Below, piece after piece: positions 21,343 through 31,410 of a DNA stretch of 64,000 nucleotides. This DNA comes from a virus, in the IMG/VR virus record IMGVR_UViG_3300025117_000005, positions 12,275 through 76,274 of that record, one strand, 5' to 3'. The notes under the pieces are model-generated. The model was not told the DNA's origin and did no database searches. It was given only the letters and a program-made list of their open reading frames with translations. Position 1 is the first letter of the stretch; the number at the start of each line of letters is the position of its first letter. The translations under genes and the position numbers were made by a program.

Positions 21343-21648
21343 TCATGCCGTCATGAACGGCACCTTCTTAGTTGACCGTTTCTTTTTCTTTGGCTTCCGG
21401 CTCGCCACAACCCATGTGCCGGCCACCGCCCCGATAATCGCCGCGCAGATATATCCAATCTCCCAATCACTCCTTGCGATCGTCCGGAGAACTGCGTAGG
21501 TGATGATTAGGGCACCCGCGTCATACATGACAGCTTCCCACTTCTTGCGACTCACCATCTTCACCATGGACATATCGGCCATATACGACCAAAGAAATTC
21601 AGCGCAACCGATACATAGGAAGTAGAAAACATCTTTCATGATACCCAA
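21343..21648 (-). CDS. Small multi-pass membrane protein (holin candidate)
   Basis: Three hydrophobic segments and a strongly basic C-terminus. Confidence 0.5.
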   Translation of the reverse strand: MGIMKDVFYFLCIGCAEFLWSYMADMSMVKMVSRKKWEAVMYDAGALIITYAVLRTIARSDWEIGYICAAIIGAVAGTWVVASRKPKKKKRSTKKVPFMTA

Positions 21649-21974
21649 ATCAAATTCGCCATCAAATCATCAAACGAGAAAAACACAGGGATTTCGGCAG
21701 TGATTGCTGTCTCTATCTCTCTGTCTGCCCCCACGCTTTCCCCGGGAAGGCGCAAAAGCGCATCACAGCGTTTCAGGATGTGTAAATCGTATGCGTACCA
21801 GAATGCGGGCTCATGCGGGACAACCAAATTCCAGGCCAGCGTAAGATGGGGTACGTAAGGGATGCAACCGTGTTTTAGGAGGAGCTCGGCCGCCTGGATA
21901 GCCTTGTGGGTATTTTCAACGGGGTCCGGGTGTGTATATGGGGACGCAATGTAGACCAAGATTTTCTTTTGCAT
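21636..21974 (-). CDS. DUF1937/DUF4406-like (nucleoside deoxyribosyltransferase-like fold)
   Basis: VYIASPYT...CDALLRLPGESVGADREI. Confidence 0.8.
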   Translation of the reverse strand: MQKKILVYIASPYTHPDPVENTHKAIQAAELLLKHGCIPYVPHLTLAWNLVVPHEPAFWYAYDLHILKRCDALLRLPGESVGADREIETAITAEIPVFFSFDDLMANLIWVS

Positions 21975-22211
21975 TCATTCCCCCACGTTCACCATCAACC
22001 GCTCTCTCGTGAAGTCGATTGATGCCTTTGACCCTTTGGCTATTTTTCCGTCATGGACTTTCAGCCAGATTTCTCCCTGAAAGGTGATATTGGCTTCCAA
22101 ATACTCCCCGTCCTGCTTCACCATCTTCCGGGCATACAGGACGGCCAGTTCCCGGAGCAGGCCCGGCGTGACATCTTCCTCTTTCGTGATCTGGATCGGA
22201 AGTTTCAGCAT
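21975..22211 (-). CDS. Hypothetical protein
   Basis: Translationally coupled ORF. Confidence 0.5.
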   Translation of the reverse strand: MLKLPIQITKEEDVTPGLLRELAVLYARKMVKQDGEYLEANITFQGEIWLKVHDGKIAKGSKASIDFTRERLMVNVGE

Positions 22212-23068
22212 CAGAGAACCACCTTTCTGACGTTGGTGATCTTGCGGTGATTGACTTCGACCACGGCGTAACCGATTTCTATAGGGTCGTACTCGGCCAT
22301 CTCGCTGTAAGAGGACACGTTTTCACCGAATGTTTTCAGGAAAGAACCTGAATTCACGTACCAACGTGCATCGGGATGAATATACCCCACGTTAGCCGGA
22401 TACCCCGTGTAATGCTCTTGGATGTGAGGAGTATATTCCAGACCACGCAACTCTGTGTCCAGGTACAGCGTAGGCTCCGGCACTGAAACGATGAGCCTGT
22501 GTGTGTGTCCCTTTGCCATCAGGGAACAGCAGCCGTTTTTGTTTTTAAGGTGCTGCTTGAGTTGGAGTTTCTCGTTAGCCAACCGGCGTACAGGGTCATC
22601 GGCGATAGACCGGATCAGCCTCTTCCCATGCGTGAAGAATCCCTTAAAATAAAGCCCGTGCTTGTCTTTGAAGTGGACCACACAGGAGAACCCGCCGTAT
22701 TGTACCTTGAGATTCTCGCAGGTGAACTTCGTAATATCACCGATCTTAGGGGAAAGCCTGTGCGTGTGGTTGCCATAAAGTATCGTGATAAGGCGTCTCG
22801 CCTTCGCTACTGGCCGTAAGTCAGCCTCGACTACCCTCTGCTGTGCTAAAGGATCTTCGATGAGCGTTTCCGGGGTGTACCGTGGATCGTCGATCCAGTA
22901 CGCTTCCTGCTCGTCACCCATATGGATCAGGAAGCGATTCTTGGCCTCCAAGACGTACTGGATCATTGCAAGGTAGCCCTTCTTGTATTGCAACACGTTA
23001 CCTTCCTGGTTATCTCCAGCCAGGACTAATTCAAAGCTATCAGGCACATATTGCTCTAAAATTCGCAT
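22211..23068 (-). CDS. Calcineurin-like metallophosphoesterase
   Basis: GDNQEG, HMGDEQE, GNH, THG, GHTH motifs. Confidence 0.8.
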   Translation of the reverse strand: MRILEQYVPDSFELVLAGDNQEGNVLQYKKGYLAMIQYVLEAKNRFLIHMGDEQEAYWIDDPRYTPETLIEDPLAQQRVVEADLRPVAKARRLITILYGNHTHRLSPKIGDITKFTCENLKVQYGGFSCVVHFKDKHGLYFKGFFTHGKRLIRSIADDPVRRLANEKLQLKQHLKNKNGCCSLMAKGHTHRLIVSVPEPTLYLDTELRGLEYTPHIQEHYTGYPANVGYIHPDARWYVNSGSFLKTFGENVSSYSEMAEYDPIEIGYAVVEVNHRKITNVRKVVL

Positions 23069-23333
23069 TTATAAATGACCTCCTCATTGAATGTTCTCGG
23101 CAAGTTATACAACCCATGTGCCCCGCGTCCATTTCTTCATGCATGGGCCACCCGCAGTGTATACATCGACCTTGTTGCCTCCTACGTAGCTTTTGCCTCC
23201 TTGATGCCGATTGAAAGAACTGATAGCATTTCTGACACCTAACGTGAGGAAAACCATGCCTATCTTTTCCACATTGGACACACAGTCCCTTCCTTCGCCT
23301 TTTCCAATACGTCGCCTTGCTGTGCCCAGGCAT
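23040..23333 (-). CDS. Basic zinc-finger protein
   Basis: Four CxxC pairs. Confidence 0.55.
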   Translation of the reverse strand: MPGHSKATYWKRRRKGLCVQCGKDRHGFPHVRCQKCYQFFQSASRRQKLRRRQQGRCIHCGWPMHEEMDAGHMGCITCREHSMRRSFINANFRAICA

Positions 23334-25247
23334 CTATGTTCGTCCCTTCATGCGGATGCCGGAAATCTGCCCGGAGGCGACTACAATAATCGGGCTAAGA
23401 TAATCAACCCGGTGATACAAGGACGCGGCTTGAAATGCGAACTTGCCAGACATTCCGAAGTGATCGCCCCCGCTCCCAACGCAGTAGTAATGCGTCATGT
23501 ATTTCTTCTTCCCGTGCGCCCCAATTTTTTCTTCTATGGTCTTCTTGATGCTTATGTGCTGTTGGATGACCTGCTCCATCTCTTCCTCATGCTCTGGAAT
23601 TTCCAAGCCACCCGAATTAAGAAAATTAAAATACGCATCCAATGCACCCGCCTTGTCCTCCACAATCTTCGCCACCCATATCTCTTCACCGGACGGCTCC
23701 TTTTCTTTGTCGGTCCACTTAAAACCGAGCATAGGATCATCAAAGTTTGCGATAGTGGAATGGTTTACCCACACTTTCGGGGATGGCTTCAGGTAATCGA
23801 GTTGAAAATTGTGTGCATCATTTCCGGAGGGTTCGGCATCCACCACACACAGGACCACATGAAATTTCTCCATTAACTCGTTGAGCCGCCCGGGTTGCGG
23901 GTACATCTTGCCGTCATTACCTGTCGTAAATGTCTTGAACGCTTCGCTGTCCGGTGAAAACTCGGCCCATACTACTTGCCACTGACCAATAGGGAATTGC
24001 TCTGATTTCGTGTGTGGCCGTAACCGCCACACAGTCGCGTAGGCCCCCTGGTCTACCCCCATCACATGCACATATCCGGATTCATACCCAAACTGAAGAC
24101 CTGGGGTTTTAGCTGCCTCAAACACGTCTATCGTCAAACCACTTTTCTTGTCTTCGTAAGGAATGCCCAGGGTATGATGGTGAAAATACAAAACTGAATT
24201 CTGGTCCCGTTCCCGCATTACTTCATGAACAGAAGAGGAATACCCCCAAGGAATACGATAGCCACGCACCCCCTCACCGTAGCGGGTTACCGTGTCGTAA
24301 TATTCCTTCCTCATCGGAACCCACTCGCAACGATGAATCTTCAGGGGATCAGATGGACGCCACTTGCCGATTTCCGAAAAGTCAAGTTCTTCGTGACAAT
24401 GAAGGCACATATAAAAAGGCTCGCCCTTCCTGGTATGCCCTTTTTCATAGTAATTCCCCATTGACTCGGGATAACTCATCTCCTGCCAGTGGTTGCAGCG
24501 GCTACACTGGATCATAAATACGTGTTGATCGCTCAGTTCATCGTAATCTTTCGAGACCCCCCAATCGGACTGCTCCGGTGTAGAAAACTTCAGGAACATG
24601 CCCCGCTGTGTCTTGGACCGAAAGAATGGGGATGCCTTTAACCGTGATTCTGCCTGCTCTGCGACCTGCCGATCCTCTGTACGGTCCCATTCATCACCGA
24701 CGACGATATCACCCGGCACCGTGGTGACGGCCTTTATGTTTTGGCGACCACCAATATACAGGCCGGCACGGCCAAACTTCTTTAACTGGATTTGATCGAT
24801 CTCCCCATCTTCCAATAAGTCTTCGAGGAACTTGTTTTCCCGAATAAGATCTCCCAGCCTGTCCGACGAAAACTGGCTGGCCTTGGTGCTGGTTTCCAGG
24901 GTGTAGATAACGGTAGGGAACCTCGACATTTCTATACCCTGATCTGATTTATAGTAGTACGGCATTAAGGCGTACTGCTCCAAGAACAGGATAATCTTGA
25001 GTAGCCTCACAAACGTATCGCCCACCTGAGACCGTTTCGTATCTACCTGGCGGGGGTGATCGTCGTTCAGAAGTTGAATCTGCCACTCGAACCCAGCAAA
25101 CTGGATAGGATTTCCCTGATAGCGATAATACCTCACGGCCCGTTCAGCGTAGGTCAGCGAGAAGTCCCTTTGTAGGGCGTCGATATGGGATCTGAAGACG
25201 CGCAAGACGTGATCTATGGATTTTGGTACTTCAGATTGAAACGGCAT
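23334..25247 (-). CDS. terL: Terminase large subunit (lambda GpA-like)
   Basis: KRSQVGDT Walker A variant, GDEWD Walker B, FSTPE, CSRCNH/CLHC zinc ribbon, MGVDQG nuclease motif, C-terminal GDHF. Confidence 0.9.
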   Translation of the reverse strand: MPFQSEVPKSIDHVLRVFRSHIDALQRDFSLTYAERAVRYYRYQGNPIQFAGFEWQIQLLNDDHPRQVDTKRSQVGDTFVRLLKIILFLEQYALMPYYYKSDQGIEMSRFPTVIYTLETSTKASQFSSDRLGDLIRENKFLEDLLEDGEIDQIQLKKFGRAGLYIGGRQNIKAVTTVPGDIVVGDEWDRTEDRQVAEQAESRLKASPFFRSKTQRGMFLKFSTPEQSDWGVSKDYDELSDQHVFMIQCSRCNHWQEMSYPESMGNYYEKGHTRKGEPFYMCLHCHEELDFSEIGKWRPSDPLKIHRCEWVPMRKEYYDTVTRYGEGVRGYRIPWGYSSSVHEVMRERDQNSVLYFHHHTLGIPYEDKKSGLTIDVFEAAKTPGLQFGYESGYVHVMGVDQGAYATVWRLRPHTKSEQFPIGQWQVVWAEFSPDSEAFKTFTTGNDGKMYPQPGRLNELMEKFHVVLCVVDAEPSGNDAHNFQLDYLKPSPKVWVNHSTIANFDDPMLGFKWTDKEKEPSGEEIWVAKIVEDKAGALDAYFNFLNSGGLEIPEHEEEMEQVIQQHISIKKTIEEKIGAHGKKKYMTHYYCVGSGGDHFGMSGKFAFQAASLYHRVDYLSPIIVVASGQISGIRMKGRT

Positions 25248-25576
25248 TACTTATCTTCCCTCTTCGTGTACCACTCAGTAGTCTCCGGGGTCATAATCAG
25301 TGCAGAATGCTGATACATTCGGTCCAACAACAGGAGGGCGAGTTGTCGTGCCCGCCCCATAATCGTGTTCGCATCCTGCGGAAACCTCGGATAGTTGATC
25401 AACCCCACAACAAACCCCGTTTCCTCGCCGCCAGTATAGATGAATTTCGTGGGTTCTACGGTGACGCATAGCCCCTCATGGTAGCAACTCTCACGGCATA
25501 CCTGCTCTGCAACCGCTATAGAACCACTCATGTAAATTTTTGCCCAGAAAGTTGTTTCTACTTCGACTCGCATCAC
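25247..25576 (-). CDS. Conserved phage hypothetical protein
   Basis: GLCVTVEPT.FIYTGGEE.G..VGLINYPRFP motif. Confidence 0.65.
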   Translation of the reverse strand: MMRVEVETTFWAKIYMSGSIAVAEQVCRESCYHEGLCVTVEPTKFIYTGGEETGFVVGLINYPRFPQDANTIMGRARQLALLLLDRMYQHSALIMTPETTEWYTKREDK

Positions 25577-25582
25577 TTCCTC

Positions 25583-26368
25583 CTAAACAAAACAAACACC
25601 CGAATTACAGTAAAGACCCGAATCAAAAAGCGTAGGCTCTTTTGAGAAATCAACCTTGTCCAGTGGGATGCAGGATTTATGGAGCCATGCATAAGGATCG
25701 AATTCTTGAATCTCTTTCTCGAAGTCAATGGCCTTTTGAAATTCATCGGGATAATTTTGTTTCAGTTCGCTCCATTGATCATCTGTCTGGTTTGGACACA
25801 TCCAACACCGTGACCGAGGAGGAGTCGGCCAGCCCATTGATTCTACAATCGAAATTGCCTGTTGGCGGGTAAGAGGAAAGTCTTTACACAATGGGAGTCT
25901 GACAAGTCCATTTTTACCGTCATCTGTTACCATTATTCGTTGTGCCCGTCGCCACTCATCCATACTAAATCCGATCCACTTTATGTACTGTTTCCGAGTA
26001 ATTGAATGTTGACGGCTTAAATATCTATCTATCGGCCTGACTTTCCAACGGCCTGAACAAAATCCACCCAACTTCCCGACATTGCCGGTTTGATCAGACC
26101 ACGCCCCCACAAGAAGCGTTTCCCCCTCATGCCAGTCCTTCCCATCCGGCCTTCCTTTGTACCAATCGTGCCCTACTTTCTGCACTTGAATCCCCACGCC
26201 CAAAAGGGCAGGTTCGACAATGGCATCAAGGTATTTCCATGTAGCAGCGCATTCTCGCCCGGTATCTGCAATAACCACAATATCGGGCTTCGGCAATTTT
26301 CCTTGGACGATCAGGGCCGCAATCGCCGTGCTTTGAGTGCCTCCACCGGAAGAGAAAACTTCGATCAT
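25583..26368 (-). CDS. PAPS reductase-like (PP-loop/HUP) protein
   Basis: SSGGGTQS PP-loop, ADTGRE, IGFSMDE, PPRSRCWMCP, C-terminal C..G.CF; probable start MIEVF. Confidence 0.8.
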   Translation of the reverse strand: MIEVFSSGGGTQSTAIAALIVQGKLPKPDIVVIADTGRECAATWKYLDAIVEPALLGVGIQVQKVGHDWYKGRPDGKDWHEGETLLVGAWSDQTGNVGKLGGFCSGRWKVRPIDRYLSRQHSITRKQYIKWIGFSMDEWRRAQRIMVTDDGKNGLVRLPLCKDFPLTRQQAISIVESMGWPTPPRSRCWMCPNQTDDQWSELKQNYPDEFQKAIDFEKEIQEFDPYAWLHKSCIPLDKVDFSKEPTLFDSGLYCNSGVCFV

Positions 26369-26688
26369 TGCTTTGCCCTCACTATCTTGAACCCCGCACC
26401 CTCTGGGAGCCGAATCGTCATATCCCAATCCAGCGTGTGAATCTTGTCACCCATCTGTATCCGGTCACGCATCAGGAACTTGAGACGAGCAACCCCTGGA
26501 TCAGACACGTCTAACTCCGTCCCGATCATTTTCCGGTCAATAAGGAAGGTTGAAAGCCCTGCACTATCCGTCCCCTTAACCTCCACTGAATAGTTCGCCA
26601 TGGAGTCAAGGGAACCCTTGCAACCGCTTCCAATTACGGCGATCAGGATACACAAGCCGATCAGTAAGGTGGCAGCCCTAATCGCCAT
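26365..26688 (-). CDS. Putative lipoprotein
   Basis: Hydrophobic N-terminus with lipobox-like IGSGC. Confidence 0.5.
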   Translation of the reverse strand: MAIRAATLLIGLCILIAVIGSGCKGSLDSMANYSVEVKGTDSAGLSTFLIDRKMIGTELDVSDPGVARLKFLMRDRIQMGDKIHTLDWDMTIRLPEGAGFKIVRAKQ

Positions 26689-27556
26689 GTTTCACCTCCT
26701 TCTCTGCATCTTTCTTCTGTGACTTCAGCCAAGCCTCGTGATCGGGAGCGTTAGGATCGAACAGCATGGCCCACCCGGTATCAGTCAGCCACTTATATAT
26801 CCGGGATATTGGGATGATATAGTTCATATGGTAGACGGCATTGGGTGCCCAGTTCGCCCAGGTCACCGCAATTCGACTTGGTATCCCTATAAACTCCCTG
26901 CTATCAGCCAGAAACGCACCCCCGCCACTGTTCCCGAACACAGCTGGCGCGTTCAGCATCCAGTAAGGTAAGTTCTCAATTTCGTCATTCAAGGAAGCGA
27001 TTTGACCACTGGTGGGAAACGGGGACCGACCCAACCCCGCACCACAGACGAAGACAGACTGAAATATTCTGAGTTTTTCGACGGCATCCGCAGGTAATAG
27101 CTTCACGGTTAGACACCGTTCGTCACTCCGTAATTTCAGTATGGCCAGGTCATGCTCTTTGTTCCACTCGACAATATCGGCCTGAATCAAGAGTGTGCCC
27201 GTAGAGACACTCATATTCTGGTACTTGAATATTTCCACCTCAATCGTTGCCCGAGTTTCCTTTTTTATCATCTTCTTCTTCAGGCTGTCCCACTGTTCCT
27301 GAATCTGAATGGCACCTTCGATCACGTGGTGATTCGTCAAGACATAGGTCGCAAAGCATCCCTCAACGCCTGGGACTTTGTTTGAGGCTATCATCACCCC
27401 GGACCCAACCCCCCCCGAGGCCCTGACCCGTACCGTGGGATAGAGAATCTCTTTGTGTAAATCCTCCACGGAAGATGCGAAGCCAGTCACCGCAAAAGCT
27501 ATAACGATCGTCATAGCAACGACAAACACCGATAATCTGCTACTCAACCCCGTCAT
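26678..27556 (-). CDS. Secreted trypsin-like serine protease
   Basis: Signal peptide; triad motifs TNHHV, HDLAIL, GNSGGG. Confidence 0.9.
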   Translation of the reverse strand: MTGLSSRLSVFVVAMTIVIAFAVTGFASSVEDLHKEILYPTVRVRASGGVGSGVMIASNKVPGVEGCFATYVLTNHHVIEGAIQIQEQWDSLKKKMIKKETRATIEVEIFKYQNMSVSTGTLLIQADIVEWNKEHDLAILKLRSDERCLTVKLLPADAVEKLRIFQSVFVCGAGLGRSPFPTSGQIASLNDEIENLPYWMLNAPAVFGNSGGGAFLADSREFIGIPSRIAVTWANWAPNAVYHMNYIIPISRIYKWLTDTGWAMLFDPNAPDHEAWLKSQKKDAEKEVKHGD

Positions 27557-27656
27557 CTGGACACCTCCTGTTGTGCTTTTGAATGCTTCCCCCTTCTTGG
27601 TTTACTTGCTTCCAGGTCATCCTTCGACACGTAGGGGCAGTGATAATGCCCGTCCA

Positions 27657-28550
27657 CTATTCTAAGGCTTCCGGCATGCTTGCATCCGGTTCTGTCGCAG
27701 ACAGTTCTTGCCGTTCTGCGCCTTCGTTCAGAACAATAGAGCCAGATACTTTCTGTACAGGTTTCTTCCACTTCCCCCTCCTTTTGGCTTGCCTTACCTT
27801 TTTGTCCATTTCGTTTTCCTGCTCACGTTGCTCCTGAGCCCGCACAAACAGCTTATACAGGTCACGATAGCCCTCTTCTAATGCCTCTCCGACCAGTACC
27901 TTAGCGTCTACCTTGAGCTTGAACGGTGCCAGGATCTTCGTCATATGCACCACAAACTCACTGGTAAAGAACTGTAGCCAGCGCTTGTTGAGCTTCCACA
28001 TCTTCTCTGTATCGGACCGCTTTATTTGGTCCTGGGCAAGAATGAGGGACCTCGCCACATCTACGCTGTTCTTGTCTATCTTGTTCGAGTAGACGGCTAG
28101 GGTGATCGTGCGCCGCGCCCCGGTCATAGCAAAATTTATGAACTCGTCCGGCTCCATTTTTTCTACTTCTTCCAGGCTTGCGGGTATGTCGGCGCTTAAC
28201 CCCCACTGCATAGACTGTGAAGCCTTATCCGTCCGGAGTTTCTCTAAGCGTCCGGAGATGGTTTGCTGGCTAACCCGGAAGAGTGCCGCAATCTCGGGCT
28301 GCGAGAAACCGATATCGGAGAGCACTTGCAGGTATACGTTTTTGAGGTGTTGGGACGTGAGGTTTTTGTGGAAGGCAACCCCATCCAGACAGGATTTGAG
28401 GGAGCTGCGGTCAATGTCCATAGTGAAGGCTTTGGCCGCGTCGGATAATTCCTCAAGAATCTTATCCAATGCCTTCTTGCGTGGCCCAGGTATGTTAGTG
28501 TGACCGATCCACGCCATGAGTTTTTCGTAAATAGTTTCGAGAGCGTTCAT
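27657..28550 (-). CDS. HTH protein, terminase small subunit candidate
   Basis: GFSQPEIAALFRVSQQTISGRL HTH, helical remainder; upstream of terL with its own promoter. Confidence 0.5.
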   Translation of the reverse strand: MNALETIYEKLMAWIGHTNIPGPRKKALDKILEELSDAAKAFTMDIDRSSLKSCLDGVAFHKNLTSQHLKNVYLQVLSDIGFSQPEIAALFRVSQQTISGRLEKLRTDKASQSMQWGLSADIPASLEEVEKMEPDEFINFAMTGARRTITLAVYSNKIDKNSVDVARSLILAQDQIKRSDTEKMWKLNKRWLQFFTSEFVVHMTKILAPFKLKVDAKVLVGEALEEGYRDLYKLFVRAQEQREQENEMDKKVRQAKRRGKWKKPVQKVSGSIVLNEGAERQELSATEPDASMPEALE

Positions 28551-28556
28551 GAAATT

Positions 28557-28585
28557 AATTTACTCCCAGTTAAGTGAAATGTCAA
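28557..28585 (-). promoter_or_regulatory. Sigma70-like promoter, likely leaderless
   Basis: TTGACA (28585-28580), 17 bp, TAAATT (28562-28557); predicted +1 coincides with the ATG at 28550. Confidence 0.6.
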
Positions 28586-28598
28586 AAAAAAGCCACTC

Positions 28599-29027
28599 CT
28601 AAAAGTCATCAGTATCCAGAACAGGGGTCGCAGTGTCCGGCACAATACTGAGAATGAAGTTCTGGCTACACACCCACGTATTATTGTCAACATAAACTGG
28701 CAGATCATTCAGGTCCGGCCGTAATTCTTCGAAGTGAAGCATAGCAAAGATGTTCCAAGCAGCCTGAGCCAGATGGTCTTCATCACGCTTCCCTTCTTTG
28801 TACTGGTTCAGGTGACGCAAGGCCGAATCCAGACAGCGGGACATCGGTATTCCCTTGGTCCAGTTGTGGTCATCGTACTTGGCTGCACCCCTCTCATATA
28901 CGAGTGCCAGTCTACGCAATGCGATCGGGCTGATAAGATCGAAACGTCCCTTACCTTCTCTGGTATCGCGCTTCGCCCCCGTGGCAAACTCCTCACGTTT
29001 TCCGCTATCGTGCAGTACGTGTTCCAT
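28599..29027 (-). CDS. dATP/dGTP diphosphohydrolase domain protein (DUF5664-like)
   Basis: GAKRD..GKGRFDLI...GAAKY..HNW.KG...SALRHL...EDHLAQAAWN. Confidence 0.85.
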   Translation of the reverse strand: MEHVLHDSGKREEFATGAKRDTREGKGRFDLISPIALRRLALVYERGAAKYDDHNWTKGIPMSRCLDSALRHLNQYKEGKRDEDHLAQAAWNIFAMLHFEELRPDLNDLPVYVDNNTWVCSQNFILSIVPDTATPVLDTDDF

Positions 29028-29042
29028 GTGCTACTACACCTC

Positions 29043-29360
29043 CTAATTCAGGTTTGCCAGCAACCCCGTAGGTTGTGGTTGTGGCTGGATGTTCTGGTAC
29101 AAGCATGTGGGGTCTTGCACCCTGTAAATGGGGATCATATCGAACAGCCGCCAAACCCACCAGATCCGGTACAGGCCCTTCATGTCCTTACCGAGCAAAT
29201 GATGCTTCACCACTTCCTTGTCGAATTCCTGACGCTTGCTGATAAAACAGGGCTTCCATCCTTGCGACCAATCCCGTGGTACGGGTTCTACCGATTTCAC
29301 CGCACATACAGGGCATGGTCCTTGACGCAGGTAACTCACTCCGCATGATGTACAAATCAT
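29043..29360 (-). CDS. Hypothetical zinc-ribbon protein
   Basis: CTSC...CPVC N-terminus. Confidence 0.5.
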   Translation of the reverse strand: MICTSCGVSYLRQGPCPVCAVKSVEPVPRDWSQGWKPCFISKRQEFDKEVVKHHLLGKDMKGLYRIWWVWRLFDMIPIYRVQDPTCLYQNIQPQPQPTGLLANLN

Positions 29361-29740
29361 AACTTGATTAACCTCCCTTCAGGTGAATCTGCGGGTTGGA
29401 TAATAGGCGACTTGATTTTCTGCACCAGTGGTTGTAAGTGCGACCATGGCACGTAAATACACCCACATTTACAAATCACACCCCCGCTATTGGTGTCCTT
29501 GAGTATCCCGCCCCACTCCTTGTTCAAGTTGACCAACTTCTTCTTGCAGGCGGGGCATTGATCTGTCGGACTGATAGTAAAAGTGTCCATATCTACTCCT
29601 TGTGCGCTGTGACGATCGCGTTGCAACTGCTCATAACGTTTTTGTCTTGGATGAAGTTCCCATTCGCAATCTTCGCCAAGTGGTACGACCAGAGCATGTA
29701 TCCCCCGAGCTTTTCTTTTAATAACGCCGGGTACTCGCAC
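29357..29740 (-). CDS. Hypothetical zinc-binding protein (start uncertain)
   Basis: CPAC...CKCGC; true start may be MDTFT near 29593. Confidence 0.45.
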   Translation of the reverse strand: MRVPGVIKRKARGIHALVVPLGEDCEWELHPRQKRYEQLQRDRHSAQGVDMDTFTISPTDQCPACKKKLVNLNKEWGGILKDTNSGGVICKCGCIYVPWSHLQPLVQKIKSPIIQPADSPEGRLIKL

Positions 29741-30210
29741 GCAATATTATCCCGGCAGCACGGCATCAAGATGAGGTGCTTCGCAGCGGAGGCCAAATAG
29801 AGTTCCACAACACGTTTTGCGAGGTTCTTACATGGATGGACAGCGATAAAAATTAGGTCCGTTCCGTGGGGTCCCTTCACCATCTCCGTAAAGGATGCGT
29901 CAAAGATATTCGCGTTGACGTACCTGAATTTTTTCACAGCATCGTAATGCCTTTTGCGCACAGCAATGTCCACGGCCAGCGCCCCGACATTCTTGAAGAG
30001 ATGCACAGCCAGGACGCTCGTCAGAGCGTTCCCCGCGCAGAGGTCGATGACAGTGAACTGCTTGTCCGGGTCTGCAAGGACGATAGGCTTGAGCAGCCGG
30101 ATCATACCCATGGACTCCGTGATCTCCTTGGAGGGCTTGTTAATCAGGCCACAGGCGTTCATCACGTCCCCACTGCAACTCAGACTCAAGAAACGATCAA
30201 CGTATCTCAT
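29593..30210 (-). CDS. Class I SAM methyltransferase (Methyltransf_32-like)
   Basis: VIDLCAGNALT motif I, AVHPCKNL, LMPCC. Confidence 0.75.
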   Translation of the reverse strand: MRYVDRFLSLSCSGDVMNACGLINKPSKEITESMGMIRLLKPIVLADPDKQFTVIDLCAGNALTSVLAVHLFKNVGALAVDIAVRKRHYDAVKKFRYVNANIFDASFTEMVKGPHGTDLIFIAVHPCKNLAKRVVELYLASAAKHLILMPCCRDNIACEYPALLKEKLGGYMLWSYHLAKIANGNFIQDKNVMSSCNAIVTAHKE

Positions 30211-30221
30211 CTTGTCCTCCG

Positions 30222-30602
30222 TTAGAAAGGCACGTCATCATCCGGTGCCCCGCCATGGTCGCCCGCAGTATTACCACCGTTCCCGCCCTTACCGCCCAAC
30301 ATCTGCATCTGTTGTGCCAGGACTTCCGTTTTGTAGTGCTTCGTGCCGTCCTTTTCCCAACTACGGGTCCGGAGTTTGCCTTCGATGTAGACCAGGGAAC
30401 CCTTCACGAGGTACTGACCGCATATGTCAGCCAGCTTCCCCCAGGCAACAATGTTCACCCATTCCGTCAGGGGATCTTTATCCTTCCGTTTCTCCGTGAC
30501 GGCTACCGAGAAGTTTGTAACCGTAGCGCCGTCTGGAAGACACTTCACTTCCGGGTCTCGCCCGAGGTATCCGATGATGATAACAAGATTCTTAGCAGCC
30601 AT
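30222..30602 (-). CDS. ssb: Single-stranded DNA-binding protein
   Basis: NLVIIIGYLGRDPE...KGSLVYIEGKLRTRSWE...DDDVPF. Confidence 0.97.
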   Translation of the reverse strand: MAAKNLVIIIGYLGRDPEVKCLPDGATVTNFSVAVTEKRKDKDPLTEWVNIVAWGKLADICGQYLVKGSLVYIEGKLRTRSWEKDGTKHYKTEVLAQQMQMLGGKGGNGGNTAGDHGGAPDDDVPF

Positions 30603-30891
30603 ACGTTACCCCTTTCAAAACTTGCCGACTCCTAATTCATCCATTCCCTGATTCTCTCAATACAACCATCGTGAATATCCCTTGCGTGCGCGTACCCCAG
30701 ACACACCAGGGCCTTGCAGTTTTCCAAATGTTCGTAGTCCATATACGTCACCACGTAGGTTGTATCATCCACGCGCCATAGGTTTGTCTTGCGGTGTCCC
30801 AACTCGTAGCCCATCACACAGGTCAGGTCCCGTAAAGGGTCTGATTCGGATTCTGCAATGGCGTGCTGGAGACTGGAAAGAGTGAGTACCA

Positions 30892-31293
30892 TCACTTTTT
30901 CTCCGGCACTGCGGGTTGAGGTTCAGGTTTGGCCTCAGACTTGGAAGTAGGTTTTCTACTCCCCTTGGCCTTGGCGTCCTTTTCCTCCTTTTCCTGTTTC
31001 TCTATGGCCTGTAGCTGTGCCGTCAGAGCCTTCAACGACTGTCGCGCCGCCGTCAGGTCTTGGCTCCGTTCCCGAAACTGGTTCTGGATCAGCGTCAACT
31101 GCATCTCCAGGCGCATCACTTGTTCTGATGCAAGATCCTTTTTCACTTGAAGGAACTCCTTGGGCGATACAGGTGGCGGTGTCGGAGATGTCGATACGGC
31201 GGCCGGGGGCGTCTCCTGCGCCTGCACTTCCATAAAACCACCAAAAAGTATGCCTGCCATCACCATTACGATAATCAAAAACGATTTTCTCAT
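30892..31293 (-). CDS. Secreted/membrane-anchored coiled-coil protein
   Basis: Signal-like N-terminus, Pro-rich linker, coiled coil. Confidence 0.6.
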   Translation of the reverse strand: MRKSFLIIVMVMAGILFGGFMEVQAQETPPAAVSTSPTPPPVSPKEFLQVKKDLASEQVMRLEMQLTLIQNQFRERSQDLTAARQSLKALTAQLQAIEKQEKEEKDAKAKGSRKPTSKSEAKPEPQPAVPEKK

Positions 31294-31410
31294 AACTGTA
31301 TCCTCCTTGATTTTAATTTGGCTGGCCGGGTTAGTTTTACTATCCCAGTTTTCCCTGTCCCCTCCAGCCCGTTTGCGCCGCCGGGATTTGCTGCCGGGAC
31401 CCGTTTGGGA

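Noticed and set aside
25583-26368. Dnd phosphorothioation or sulfate-assimilation gene
   Set aside because: No dndA/D/E or cys neighbours; only the PP-loop fold is supported.
28599-29027. Z-genome (2-aminoadenine) pathway
   Set aside because: No PurZ or phage DNA polymerase seen; this domain is common on its own.
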